DNA of 64,000 nucleotides from an uncultured Chloroflexia bacterium (GCA_963797095.1 CAWCNY010000003.1:608001-672000); one strand, 5' to 3'. Shown: positions 9,911 to 19,947, counted from the stretch's first letter. Made by a program: numbers and translations. The notes: a model not told the origin generated them from the sequence alone.

Positions 9911-10814
9911 GGTTGGCGGCTCCCTCTCGATAGAAGCTGAGGAAAATCTCTTCCAGGCTTGGCTCGTAGGTGACGATGTTCACCACGGTGTGCTGCGCCA
10001 CCGCCTTGATAAGCGCGTCCAGGTTCCCCTTCACTGCCACGTGCAATACAGCTCCGGCAGCGTGGGCTTCTACCACCCCCGGCATAGCTGCGAACGGCTC
10101 GACCGCCACCGACTTATCAAACATGATGTCTATCCGGCGCACTGCCTTCTCTTTGAAGCCCGCCACCGTCTCCACCGTCACTATCTCCCCTTCGCGAATT
10201 ATCGCCACCCGATCGCACAGCCTCTCCACTTCGGGCAATACGTGCGACGAGAAGAAGATCGTCCTCCCCTCCGCCTTTACTTCTTCGAGCAATTCGTACA
10301 ACGACTGCTGCACCAGCGGGTCAAGGCCGCTGGTTGGCTCGTCAAGTATCAACAGTTCGGGCTTGTGCATCATAGCCTGTACCAGCCCGATCTTCTGCTT
10401 GTTACCTCGCGAATATGCCTTCATTGGACGGCGTAAATCGATATCCAGCCGCTTCGCCAATCGAGCAATCTCAACTGAAGATGCCCCACCACGCAAATGG
10501 TCCGAGTATTCGAGCAATTGCTGCCCGGTCAGGTCCGGATAGAGCGCCAGTTCCCCCGGCAGGTTGCCGATGCGCTTGTGGATCGCCACACTATCCCTCT
10601 GGCAATCCAGCCCGAATATATGCGCCCGCCCCGCGCTGGGGCGTATTAAGTCAAGCAGCGTGCGGATGGTGGTGGTCTTACCGGCCCCGTTCGGCCCAAG
10701 AAAACCGAAGATTTCGCCGGTCTCCACTCGCAAATCGACCCCAACGATCCCCCGCGCCTTTCCGTAACGCTTGGTCAGGCTGTGCGTTTCTATAGCCGGT
10801 ACATTTGAAGACAT
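9900..10814 (-). CDS. ABC transporter ATP-binding protein
   Basis: GPNGAGKTT, YSRGNKQK signature, ILDEPTSGLDP, SSH. Confidence 0.96.
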   Translation of the reverse strand: MSSNVPAIETHSLTKRYGKARGIVGVDLRVETGEIFGFLGPNGAGKTTTIRTLLDLIRPSAGRAHIFGLDCQRDSVAIHKRIGNLPGELALYPDLTGQQLLEYSDHLRGGASSVEIARLAKRLDIDLRRPMKAYSRGNKQKIGLVQAMMHKPELLILDEPTSGLDPLVQQSLYELLEEVKAEGRTIFFSSHVLPEVERLCDRVAIIREGEIVTVETVAGFKEKAVRRIDIMFDKSVAVEPFAAMPGVVEAHAAGAVLHVAVKGNLDALIKAVAQHTVVNIVTYEPSLEEIFLSFYREGAANHVG

Positions 10815-11023
10815 AATTATTCGCCCTATTCCTCCATTCTAAAACCCAGCATAGCAAATGGAGCCTGTAAACACAATATGTCGCTGGTCATACTAACATC
10901 CTCAACGGGTATCCACAAGTCATATTATGCAACCCCAGGATCATGACCCTCTCCCCTCAACAATAGCTAATACGGCACATACATTCAGCCGCGAATGAAG
11001 CTATGCTAATGATGTACTTCGAC

Positions 11024-11091
11024 GACGAAGGACGAACGCAATAAGCAATACGCAATACGCAATAAGCAATCGTCACTCCTCGTCCTTCATC
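11024..11091. repeat. Hairpin with heptamer-derived arms enclosing a (GCAATAM)4+ microsatellite
   Basis: GACGAAGGACGA (11024-35) is complementary to TCGTCCTTCATC (11080-91) with 1 mismatch; loop gcaataa gcaatac gcaatac gcaataa gcaat. Confidence 0.8.
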
Positions 11092-11105
11092 CCCCGGGAG
11101 CAGAT

Positions 11106-11978
11106 ATGAACATCGCAGCGGTAGACAACCAAACAACCCCCGTCACAGGCGGCAAGCTCAAGTGGCGCTTGATCTCCTTCTTCATGAGGACCATCGGTCG
11201 CACAAGCACCGGCATTGACCTGGGTTACAGGCGCGGCTTCAACTCCGGCGTGATGCTCGACAAAGTATACGAGAACCGCCCCTCAGGCAAATACGGGATC
11301 GGGGTGCTGATCGATTGGTTGTATCTGCAATCAATTGGTTGGCGAGCCATCCGCGCCCGCAAGCGCCTGCTCAAAACAATCCTCGCCGGGCAATTGGAAG
11401 AGTTAGCGAGCGCTTGGCCCTCCTCACCTCTCGTACTGGCCGATGTCGCCGCCGGCCCTGGCCGCTATCTCCTTGAGCTATGCCAGGAGCAGCGAGACGC
11501 AGGCCAGGACATCGAGCACCGGCTAACGGTCATTTGCCGCGACCTGAGCGGCGAAGCAGTGGAGCGCGGCCAAGCCCTGGCACAAGCTTACGGCCTCGCC
11601 AACTTCCACTACGAAACCGGTGATGCCGTCGATGCCGCTTCCCTCGCGACCATAACCCCGCAAGCCGACATTGTAGTGATATCCGGCCTCTACGAGCTAT
11701 TCACCGACGAAACCCCCATCAAGACCTCTCTCAGAGGGATATGTCGTATCCTCAAGGGCGGCGGCAGGCTCGTCTTCACAACCCAGGTCACCCACCCACA
11801 ACTTGACCTGATCGCAAACGTGCTGGTCAATCGCGACGGCGAGCCCTGGATAATGCGCTGCCGCTCCATCGAAGAAGTCGAGGCCTACGCCCGCGAGTCC
11901 GGTTTCCGGGTCATCAAGTCTGAAGTGGAGCCGCTTGGCCTCTTCGCCGTGACGGTCTGCGAAAAGATCGGAGGTTAG
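11106..11978 (+). CDS. Class I SAM-dependent methyltransferase resembling the YnbC C-terminal domain
   Basis: GF(N)SG..LD.VY, IGWRAIRARK, DVAAGPGRY, SGLYELF, HPQLDLIA, WIMRCRS. Confidence 0.85.
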   Translation: MNIAAVDNQTTPVTGGKLKWRLISFFMRTIGRTSTGIDLGYRRGFNSGVMLDKVYENRPSGKYGIGVLIDWLYLQSIGWRAIRARKRLLKTILAGQLEELASAWPSSPLVLADVAAGPGRYLLELCQEQRDAGQDIEHRLTVICRDLSGEAVERGQALAQAYGLANFHYETGDAVDAASLATITPQADIVVISGLYELFTDETPIKTSLRGICRILKGGGRLVFTTQVTHPQLDLIANVLVNRDGEPWIMRCRSIEEVEAYARESGFRVIKSEVEPLGLFAVTVCEKIGG

Positions 11979-11983
11979 TTGCC

Positions 11984-12769
11984 GTGACCGCTTCCAGAAT
12001 GCTCCTTCATGGGGTCGCCACTCCAAAGACCGCCCTGGCGAATAGCCAGGACCTCCCACAGTGGCCGCGCTCCAACATGGCCTGCACAGTACGCGCTCTA
12101 TTGCAAGCCCCCGCCTTCGCCGCCCTTGGTCTGCTTGCCCCGGCCCGCGTGTCCGGCCTCGAAATGCTTGGGGAGATAGAGGGTCCGGTCCTTTTCGCGG
12201 CCAACCACACCAGCCACCTCGATACGCCCGTGCTCCTCAAGGCGCTGCCGCCCCACCTCCGGCGCAGGGTGGCCGTGGCCGCAGCCGCCGATTACTTCTT
12301 CTCGCAGCCCATCCTCGGCGCGGCGGTCGCCCTCGGCCTCAACGCCTTTCCCTTCGAGCGTGCCTCCTGCGCGGGCATGCGCTCTTCGTTGCTCCACTGC
12401 ACCGGTCTGGTAGACAACGGCTGGTCCATACTCGTCTATCCTGAGGGCACGCGCAACACCGGAGGCGCCATGGCCCCCTTCAAGCCGGGGCTTGGCCTCC
12501 TCGCCACCTGCCTGGGCGTGCCAGTGGTCCCGGTGTACACGACCGGCCTCTTCCACATCCTGCCCAAAGGCAAAAGCCTCCCCCACCCCGGAAGAGCCTC
12601 CATCCGCTTCGGCCAACCGCTTACGTTCGCATCCACCATCAACTACCGCACAGCCGCACAATCCATAGAGCAGGCGGTCCGCTCGCTCGCTGATTCACTC
12701 GCTGATATTGAACCCCTCCGCGATGTTCACCTTTCAGCCACCAGAAAGGAGCTACTCAATGCGCCCTAG
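11984..12769 (+). CDS. Lysophospholipid acyltransferase (PlsC-like)
   Basis: NHTSHLD (HxxxxD), AAADYF, YPEGTR, FKPG. Confidence 0.92.
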   Translation: MTASRMLLHGVATPKTALANSQDLPQWPRSNMACTVRALLQAPAFAALGLLAPARVSGLEMLGEIEGPVLFAANHTSHLDTPVLLKALPPHLRRRVAVAAAADYFFSQPILGAAVALGLNAFPFERASCAGMRSSLLHCTGLVDNGWSILVYPEGTRNTGGAMAPFKPGLGLLATCLGVPVVPVYTTGLFHILPKGKSLPHPGRASIRFGQPLTFASTINYRTAAQSIEQAVRSLADSLADIEPLRDVHLSATRKELLNAP

Positions 12770-13433
12770 AGCGACAGCAAGAAGCGCCACTGCGCACAAT
12801 CAGGGCTCTGTGACCACAACAGGCGCTGGCATCTACAGCCTCAAACCCCGCTTCCAGCAGGCCCTCGGCTCCATCGAGCGCGGCCTGGTGCGCAAGCGTG
12901 TGCATCCCGATTACCTCACGCTCGGCGCTCTGGCCCTCTCCTTCATCGGGGGCGTCGCCCTCCTGACAAGCGGATTTGTCCCCTGGCTGCTGTTGCTCAT
13001 ACCCTTCGTCGCACTCGCCCGCACGGCCCTCAACGCTCTCGATGGATTGGTAGCGCGGGGCACCGGCCTCGCTCGTCCCTGGGGCGAGGTGCTCAACGAG
13101 CTATGCGACCGCCTATCAGATATATTCCTGTTTGCCGGTGTGGGCCTCGCCCACGGGTCGAGCGCCACCTTGACCGCCTGCGTGCTGGTGGCGATGCTCC
13201 TTTCCAGCTATGTCGGCGTGCTCTCCAAAGCAGCAGGCGGCAAAAGGCAATATGGCGGCCTCATGGGCAAAGCCGACCGCATGATCTACCTCGGCATCGC
13301 CGCCCCTCTGGCATTCTTCCTGCCAACGCTACCTATATTCACGTTCTTCCTGGCCGTGTGCCTCGCGGGCTTGCTGGTCACCCTCGCCCAACGACTAAAG
13401 GCCACCTACAATGATCTCAAACCCCTTAGCTAG
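12759..13433 (+). CDS. CDP-alcohol phosphatidyltransferase (YnbA-like)
   Basis: IYSLKPRFQ, NALDGLVAR...GEVLNELCDRLSD, GLMGKADR; AAGGAG RBS before ATG 12759. Confidence 0.9.
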   Translation: MRPRATARSATAHNQGSVTTTGAGIYSLKPRFQQALGSIERGLVRKRVHPDYLTLGALALSFIGGVALLTSGFVPWLLLLIPFVALARTALNALDGLVARGTGLARPWGEVLNELCDRLSDIFLFAGVGLAHGSSATLTACVLVAMLLSSYVGVLSKAAGGKRQYGGLMGKADRMIYLGIAAPLAFFLPTLPIFTFFLAVCLAGLLVTLAQRLKATYNDLKPLS

Positions 13434-14337
13434 CCCCCTGTTCGCGCCCCTGGCATCACTGGTAGTGAGCCTACTGGGCGGCACATTCGCGCTGCTGCTG
13501 GCTATCAGCCGCTTCAACCTCCAACGGCTGAGGGCAAGCGTTCTCTTCAAGAGGTGGTGTGTCTGGACAATCGTGGCTCTCCTCTACGGCCTCTCTGTGT
13601 TGTCCGGGCCTGCCGGCGCGCTGTTGTTATCGGCTTTTCTCACCTGGCAGGCTCTGCGCGAATACTCGCAACTGACAGCACTACCCGAGAGCTATTCCAA
13701 AATCCTCCTCGCAGCCGGTCTGCTGGCGGCCCCCACAGCATTCCTGTCTCGCGAAGTGTTCTATCTTCTTCCCGGCCTCCTGCTCATGGCAGGCACTTCG
13801 CTACCCCTCTTCCTCGGCAAATCCGCACAAGGACAGGGTATCAGGCACCTGGCCCTGGCCGCCCTGGGCTGGGGCTATATCGCCTGGCTCCTGGCCCACC
13901 TGGTACTTCTCTCCAACTATAGTATGCGAGGGAACGCGCTCCTGCTGGTCGTAGGGTTGGGCACCGCCCTGAGCGATGTAGGCGCATTCACAGTGGGCAA
14001 GCTGTTCGGCAAGCACAAACTAGCCCCACGTCTAAGCCCCAACAAGACCTGGGAAGGCGTCGCGGGCAACCTGCTGGGCGCGACTATAGGCACAGGTCTT
14101 CTCTCCATCGCGCTGCCCAACGCCCTCACGACCGCTCAGATTGCCTGTTTGCCTATCCTGATAACCATTGGCTCGGTCTGGGGCGACCTCTTCGAGTCGG
14201 CCATCAAGCGCGAATTCGGAGCAAAGGACGCGGGCACGTGGCTCCCGGGCTTCGGCGGCCTGCTGGACCGTATAGACAGCCTGATCATAGTAGCGCCCCT
14301 GGTCTACTACGCCGCTACAGTAGCCAGTAGTTGGTAG
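13411..14337 (+). CDS. Phosphatidate cytidylyltransferase (CdsA/YnbB-like)
   Basis: [38 protein letters not shown]; hydrophobic. Confidence 0.93.
   Translation: MISNPLASPLFAPLASLVVSLLGGTFALLLAISRFNLQRLRASVLFKRWCVWTIVALLYGLSVLSGPAGALLLSAFLTWQALREYSQLTALPESYSKILLAAGLLAAPTAFLSREVFYLLPGLLLMAGTSLPLFLGKSAQGQGIRHLALAALGWGYIAWLLAHLVLLSNYSMRGNALLLVVGLGTALSDVGAFTVGKLFGKHKLAPRLSPNKTWEGVAGNLLGATIGTGLLSIALPNALTTAQIACLPILITIGSVWGDLFESAIKREFGAKDAGTWLPGFGGLLDRIDSLIIVAPLVYYAATVASSW
14086..14330 (+). repeat. Copy 1 of a 245-bp direct repeat (3' end of the cdsA-like gene)
   Basis: Matches 15452-15696 except for one synonymous T/C difference (14100 vs 15466). Confidence 0.95.
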
Positions 14338-14339
14338 TG

Positions 14340-14401
14340 GTCACTCGTCACTCGTCACTCGTCACTCGTCACTCGTCACTCGTCACTCGTCACTCGTCAC
14401 T
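14340..14401. repeat. Perfect heptamer microsatellite (GTCACTC), about 8.9 copies
   Basis: Directly visible immediately after the cdsA-like stop codon. Confidence 0.97.
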
Positions 14402-14681
14402 GGATAAGATGCACAATAACAGAACTTTACTTCAACATGCCCAAGTGAGGCATGTTCGCGGGAAACGGCCGGCGCAAGCAGGATGGTCGCACGGTGCCGC
14501 AAGCGAAACGAAGCCCCTCCCCTCTTGACCTGCCTAGAGGACTACACGTATAATCAGGCCAGGTTGCGCCGTCCTTATCCGCGGATTTCATTTCGCGGCG
14601 CTGGTTAATACGGCCAAGAAGGATTGTTTGCTCTCATCTATTCGCCCGCGTGTCTACTGCGGAGCGACCGAGGTTTCTGCT

Positions 14682-15386
14682 ATGGAACTCGCACCGGGGA
14701 TTCACGTCATTGGTAATAAGAAGGGCGGGTACGTCCGGGCTTTTCTCCTGGACGACGGCACCGACCTTATCCTCATAGATACGCTCTTCGAGAAGGATGG
14801 CCGGCTGATCCTTGAGCAGCTTGCGCGCATGGGCCGCACCATCAAGGACCTGAAGCATATCATCCTGACGCATGGCCACCGTTCCCACCTTGGAGGCATG
14901 GCGATCCTCAGACAAATGAGTGGCGCACTTGTCTACACCCACGAATGGGAAGCCGACATTATCAGCGGTGATCGTAAAGCGCAAAATGTCACCTTGCGCC
15001 CGATGAAGCCTTACAAGACGTACCCCTATCAGCTTGGGCTGGCCCTGGGTCTGGGAAATCACCCTCCATGTGAGGTTGACCGCTGTCTGAAGAACGGCGA
15101 CAGCATCGGCCCGGTGCAGGTAATGCACACCCCTGGGCACTCGCCGGGTCATTTGGCCTTCTATTGGCCCGAGAAGCGGGTTCTCCTCACGGGCGACGCC
15201 GTCTGCACCTGGCCTGATTTCAGAACGGGGTGGCCTTCCTTTACCCTGAATTGGAAGCAGCATAGGGATTCGATACGGCGTATGGCCGAGGTCGAGGTGG
15301 ACGCCATAGGGGTTGGGCATGGTGATCCCATCACCAGAAATGCACAACGACGCATGCGCGCCCTGGTCACCGCGACCAAAGACTGA
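14682..15386 (+). CDS. Metallo-beta-lactamase fold hydrolase
   Basis: [14 protein letters not shown] (variant of HxHxDH), [16 protein letters not shown]; GAGG RBS before ATG 14682. Confidence 0.9.
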   Translation: MELAPGIHVIGNKKGGYVRAFLLDDGTDLILIDTLFEKDGRLILEQLARMGRTIKDLKHIILTHGHRSHLGGMAILRQMSGALVYTHEWEADIISGDRKAQNVTLRPMKPYKTYPYQLGLALGLGNHPPCEVDRCLKNGDSIGPVQVMHTPGHSPGHLAFYWPEKRVLLTGDAVCTWPDFRTGWPSFTLNWKQHRDSIRRMAEVEVDAIGVGHGDPITRNAQRRMRALVTATKD

Positions 15387-15451
15387 GCAGGTCCCCGTTT
15401 GAAAGCCGAGGTCATGACGGCCAGCACCCGTGCCGATATCCGGGAGCAACC

Positions 15452-15696
15452 ATAGGCACAGGTCTCCTCTCCATCGCGCTGCCCAACGCCCTCACGACCG
15501 CTCAGATTGCCTGTTTGCCTATCCTGATAACCATTGGCTCGGTCTGGGGCGACCTCTTCGAGTCGGCCATCAAGCGCGAATTCGGAGCAAAGGACGCGGG
15601 CACGTGGCTCCCGGGCTTCGGCGGCCTGCTGGACCGTATAGACAGCCTGATCATAGTAGCGCCCCTGGTCTACTACGCCGCTACAGTAGCCAGTAG
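15452..15696 (+). pseudogene. Copy 2 of the direct repeat: duplicated 3' fragment of the cdsA-like gene
   Basis: Near-identical to 14086-14330; the 5' part of the gene is absent. Confidence 0.9.
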
Positions 15697-15804
15697 CCAG
15701 AACCTGGTGAGAGATGTGCTATGAAATCTATACAAATCGAAAGATATGGAGTTCGCACTATTCTTATTATGTTAATGAACTCTTCTTATAATCGCTAACA
15801 GGGC

Positions 15805-16371
15805 TTGGTCGGTCTAAGTCGCCGTACAAGATCTCGGCGATTACGGAGGTCCGATTGCAGCATCAGGGATAGAGCGTGCTGTCTGAAAGTCAATGTTGGA
15901 CACTTGCAACAACGGCGTTGGATCTTGATTAACCTGTGCAATTGCCCAGCCGACACCGGAATCAACGAAGAACAATTGAGCCGAATAATCAATGGGCTGA
16001 TCCAAGTTCAGTTGGGCGGCAATAATGCAACAGGCATATGCTTGCTGGTTGATAGAGCTGCCCGGCACACCTGCTACTTCTACTTGCTTAGCTCCAGCCG
16101 GGATCCTTGGTGGTCGCAGCTCAGTCTGGGCGTCTGCTTATTGGCAGACAGCATACGAACAGCTATAGAAGTAGGTTACCGCACTTTCGACTTGTTGAGA
16201 GGAGATCATGATTACATAGAGCGTTTCGGTGGAAAGACAAATAAGAACCCCAGGGCAACTATTTACAGCTACGGTTGGCTGCCACAAGCACACACCCTGT
16301 TCACAACACTACGCACAAAGCTCAGAACTCGCACCCTCACCCGATTCGCAGCCAGTGCAGCCTCAGAGTGA
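15805..16371 (+). pseudogene. Remnant of a CelD/BcsL-like GNAT acyltransferase
   Basis: The C-terminal LGVCLLADSIRTAIEVGYRTFDLLRGDHDY.ERFG resembles this family; the N-terminal part does not look protein-like and has no good start. Confidence 0.55.
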
Positions 16372-16433
16372 GCATGCCTGGATCTGATATCGACTTAATC
16401 AAGCTATCACCAAATCACAAAAGGAACAGACAA

Positions 16434-16679
16434 ATGCGGACAATCATCCCATTGACTGAAAAAGTGCGAGAGATCATGGCCGAGACGTTCGATGTTGACG
16501 AAAGAGACATCCCGGAGAACGTCCACCAGCATAACTATCCACCCTGGAGTTCACTTGAGCAACTGACGTTGCTTGTCGCCCTGGAGGAGCACTTTGGCCT
16601 CAGGTTCACCATCGGCGATATGGCCGCCATGAACTCGCTACCGGCCATTGTTGCCGTACTCGAAAAGTATGGTGCGTAG
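16434..16679 (+). CDS. Acyl carrier protein
   Basis: 81 aa; WSSLEQLTLLVALEEHFG (WDSL-type motif); AAGGA RBS at 16421. Confidence 0.82.
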   Translation: MRTIIPLTEKVREIMAETFDVDERDIPENVHQHNYPPWSSLEQLTLLVALEEHFGLRFTIGDMAAMNSLPAIVAVLEKYGA

Positions 16680-16919
16680 ACTTGATCCCTGGGCAAGTCG
16701 GAACCCACACCAAGAGTCTCACAAGCTGAATAAATTATGCTCGATGACCCCTCTATATCCCGAAGGTGCTGCACATGCTCCGGGTGCGAAGGGGCAAACG
16801 GTTCAATGAGAGTTATCAGGCCGCAAGGTCTGATCACATTGAAGTTAATAGTGTTGCAAAGATTGCCAGCTACAATAGCAATGTCCAGCATCACAACCTA
16901 AGCTGATGTAAGGAATCGT

Positions 16920-17567
16920 GTGCCTAAGAAGATACTAACTAAACCCCGCCGAGAAGCACGCCAATTGTCAGACAGTATTGCAGCGAATAGATCGCGAAGC
17001 GTTCCGACGAAACTGGCTTACTATCTGAGCGACCTTCTGCAAAACATACATCTGAAGTACAGGCTGGTGAACCTAATATGTGGCATCCTACCTGATGGGG
17101 CCAGTGGATTGATTCGCACATGGCTCTACCGCAAGATTGGCCTCGATATCGCATCCGGGGCCTTTATCATGAGCAATTTGCGCCTGCTAAGCGGGCTTGC
17201 GGGCTTTTATGACAAGCTCCATGTCGGCCCAGGAGCGATCACAGGCTCCGGGATCACGATCAACTTGGATTCCGACGTCATTCTGGGCAAGGATGTTTCT
17301 ATCGGTCCGGAAGTGATCATCTACACTGGAACTCACCCGATCGGGCCTGGCTCACAGCGACGGCTGCCCGACATTATGGCTAAACCAGTAAACATAGAGG
17401 GCGGATGCTGGGTTGGGCTGGCAGCAGTGATCCTGCCAGGCGTGACGATAGGGCATGGTAGCGTAGTGGCAGCGGGTGCTGTAGTAACCCAGGATGTGCC
17501 GCCCAACACCTATGTTGAGGGCAATCCCGCTAAAGTAGTCAAAGATCTGCCATGGGGAGATCGATAA
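16920..17567 (+). CDS. Hexapeptide-repeat (LbH) acyltransferase, maltose/galactoside O-acetyltransferase family
   Basis: YTGTHPI, PVNIEGGCWVG...ILPGVTIGHGSVVAAGAVVTQDVP...GNPAKV. Confidence 0.9.
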   Translation: MPKKILTKPRREARQLSDSIAANRSRSVPTKLAYYLSDLLQNIHLKYRLVNLICGILPDGASGLIRTWLYRKIGLDIASGAFIMSNLRLLSGLAGFYDKLHVGPGAITGSGITINLDSDVILGKDVSIGPEVIIYTGTHPIGPGSQRRLPDIMAKPVNIEGGCWVGLAAVILPGVTIGHGSVVAAGAVVTQDVPPNTYVEGNPAKVVKDLPWGDR

Positions 17568-17571
17568 TTCA

Positions 17572-19947
17572 ATGCCAACAAAAGTCTCTAAAAGAACGAC
17601 CGGCAAAGTATTGAACCAAATGGATGACCTCGAATTTCTGTCTGATGCATTGTTAGCTACACTTGCTAACGTCGATAACACTACAAAGGTCGCTGAAGGC
17701 GAGTTGCTGACCGAGGTCGAACTGAGCGCAGCCAAAGCTTTCATAGGGCGGGGGAAGTATGAATATGCAATGAGTATGCTTTCCCGAGCGGCCGACCATG
17801 CGCCGTCTGACACATTAAAGGGTCAGGTAGCCGATCAGTTACTGGCGCTGGCAAAGGCATTGGTGAAGATAGGCGACAGTGAACTTCCCTTGCAAGTTGA
17901 GCAATTGCTACGGTTAGCATTGGCACTTGCTCCTGGCCGGGCCGCAGGTCCACTTGCCCAATTTCTGCAAAGGCGAGGGCAGTTGCAGGAGGCGGTTGAG
18001 ACATGGGGCATGGCTATACACCATAACCCTCAAGAAACCAACAATTACCTGGCGCTTGCCCGACTCCACAAGCAGATGGGGGAACCGGAAAAGGCTCAAG
18101 GGGTCTGTTTAAATCTGGTTGGCTCTGTACCATCAGCCAAAAATACCTTGATTGTGAGTGGGTTACTGGATGAACTTGCCCTGCAACTCCCCAAGGGGCG
18201 ACCCAATCAGACTGCGAAGGTCGCATTGCTCGGCAATGCGACCTTAGACCATTTGCAAAGCTATCTCAAAGTTGCACTTTACCAGTCCGGCTTGCACCCA
18301 AATCTTTATCTCGGCGGTTTTGGCCAGTATGCAATGGAAATATTTGATCCCGAAAGCGGACTGTACACATTCGCGCCGGACGTCCTGGTGCTGGCTATAC
18401 ATCCGAGCCAACTGTTCCCAAACCTGCATCACTTCCCATTTGATATGACGATTGACCAGCGTCGCGCCGAGATTGACGCCGGCCTGGAAAGCATGAGGAG
18501 TTTAATAGAGGCTTTCACGCGCCGCAGTTCGGCTTTGGTGCTGGTGCATAACATGGTTGTTCCCCAGCACCCAGCCCTGGGCACACTCGACCTGCGAGAT
18601 GAATTCGGGCAGGCAGCCATGTTCGCCGAGATCAACCTTCGGCTGGCGGATATGTTGCGAAGCCAGTTCAAGAATGCGTACATAGTGGACGAGGATGGTG
18701 TTCAGTCACTACACGGCAAGGCGCAAGCCACTGATGCCAGACTGTGGTACACGGCACGTCTGCCTTGGTCGCATGACATTCTCAGAGCCCTGACGCATGA
18801 GTATCTTAGGTACATAAGGCCTCTCAAGGGCTTAGCCAGAAAGTGCATCATTCTCGATCTGGACAACACACTATGGGGAGGCGTAATCGGGGAGGATGGC
18901 CTGGAGGGCATCCAGCTTGGCTCGGAAGCTCCAGGCAACGCTTACGTTGCTTTCCAGCGTGAGATTGAGCGACTTTGGCGGCGCGGCATTTTGCTTGCGA
19001 TCAGCAGCAAGAACAACCAGGACGATGCAATTGCGGTATTCGAGAAAAACCCCAATATGGTGTTAAAGCTCGCGCACTTCGCGGCGCAGCGCATCAACTG
19101 GGAGCCTAAAGTGGATAGTATTCGCCAGCTAGCCGAGGAACTCAATCTAGGGCTTGACAGCCTTGTTTTCCTGGACGACAACCCTGTGGAAAGAGCCAAA
19201 GTTCGAGCCGAATTGCCCCAGGTGCTAACGCCCGAACTGCCTACAGAGCCTTCTCATTATCGCGACGCGCTGCTTGCACTTGGCGTGTTCGATACGCTAG
19301 CCTTGACCGACGAAGACCGCAACAGAAACAAGCTCTACGCCGAACAAAGAGTCCGCAAAGAGTACGAAGCAACCTTCAGCAACAACCTCGACGAATTCCT
19401 TGCCGGGCTGAAGATGACCGTTGATATTGCGCCTGCCACTAGCCTTACCCTTCCCCGTCTCGCCCAACTGACCAATAAGACCAACCAATTCAACCTGACT
19501 ACGAAGCGCTATAACGAAGCGCAAATAAGTGAGATGCAAGCGCGAGGCTCACTCGTCTTTGGTATGAACGTCACAGATCGGTTTGGGGATAACGGGCTAG
19601 TTGGTCTGGCCATTGTTGTGCCCAGGTCATATGATGCCTGGGAGATCGATACCTTTCTTATGAGCTGCCGAGTAATGGGCCGAGGGGTCGAAACTGCTCT
19701 GATGGCTGCCGTTTGCCAATTATTACGCGAGCATGAAGCCAAGACTCTCGAAGGTTGGTACATACCAACCGCCAAGAACGCTCCGGTCAAGGATTTCTAC
19801 CCCAGTCACGGCTTCATAGTCAAAGACCAGATATCCGATGGCAGTATCCAGTACAGTTTCGATATTCGAGGTGGGGAACTTGCGGCCCCAAAATGGCTCA
19901 GCGTACATATCAAGTGGCCTTCTGAGATGACATGGCAGGCACAGTAG
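17572..19947 (+). CDS. fkbH: FkbH-like HAD-IIIC protein with an N-terminal TPR-like extension
   Basis: KCIILDLDNTLWGGVIGEDG, SKNN, INWEPK, FLDDNPVER, KTNQFNLTT, DRFGDNG, MSCRVMGRGVE; N-terminal helical repeats. Confidence 0.92.
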   Translation: MPTKVSKRTTGKVLNQMDDLEFLSDALLATLANVDNTTKVAEGELLTEVELSAAKAFIGRGKYEYAMSMLSRAADHAPSDTLKGQVADQLLALAKALVKIGDSELPLQVEQLLRLALALAPGRAAGPLAQFLQRRGQLQEAVETWGMAIHHNPQETNNYLALARLHKQMGEPEKAQGVCLNLVGSVPSAKNTLIVSGLLDELALQLPKGRPNQTAKVALLGNATLDHLQSYLKVALYQSGLHPNLYLGGFGQYAMEIFDPESGLYTFAPDVLVLAIHPSQLFPNLHHFPFDMTIDQRRAEIDAGLESMRSLIEAFTRRSSALVLVHNMVVPQHPALGTLDLRDEFGQAAMFAEINLRLADMLRSQFKNAYIVDEDGVQSLHGKAQATDARLWYTARLPWSHDILRALTHEYLRYIRPLKGLARKCIILDLDNTLWGGVIGEDGLEGIQLGSEAPGNAYVAFQREIERLWRRGILLAISSKNNQDDAIAVFEKNPNMVLKLAHFAAQRINWEPKVDSIRQLAEELNLGLDSLVFLDDNPVERAKVRAELPQVLTPELPTEPSHYRDALLALGVFDTLALTDEDRNRNKLYAEQRVRKEYEATFSNNLDEFLAGLKMTVDIAPATSLTLPRLAQLTNKTNQFNLTTKRYNEAQISEMQARGSLVFGMNVTDRFGDNGLVGLAIVVPRSYDAWEIDTFLMSCRVMGRGVETALMAAVCQLLREHEAKTLEGWYIPTAKNAPVKDFYPSHGFIVKDQISDGSIQYSFDIRGGELAAPKWLSVHIKWPSEMTWQAQ

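Noticed and set aside
10877-10892. TATGTC-N4-GTCATA palindrome as a NarL-type operator for the ABC operon
   Set aside because: Single imperfect copy; too weak to call.
14340-14401. Possible CRISPR array (also considered at 42774 and 50679)
   Set aside because: Contiguous 7-nt units with no spacers, and no cas genes.
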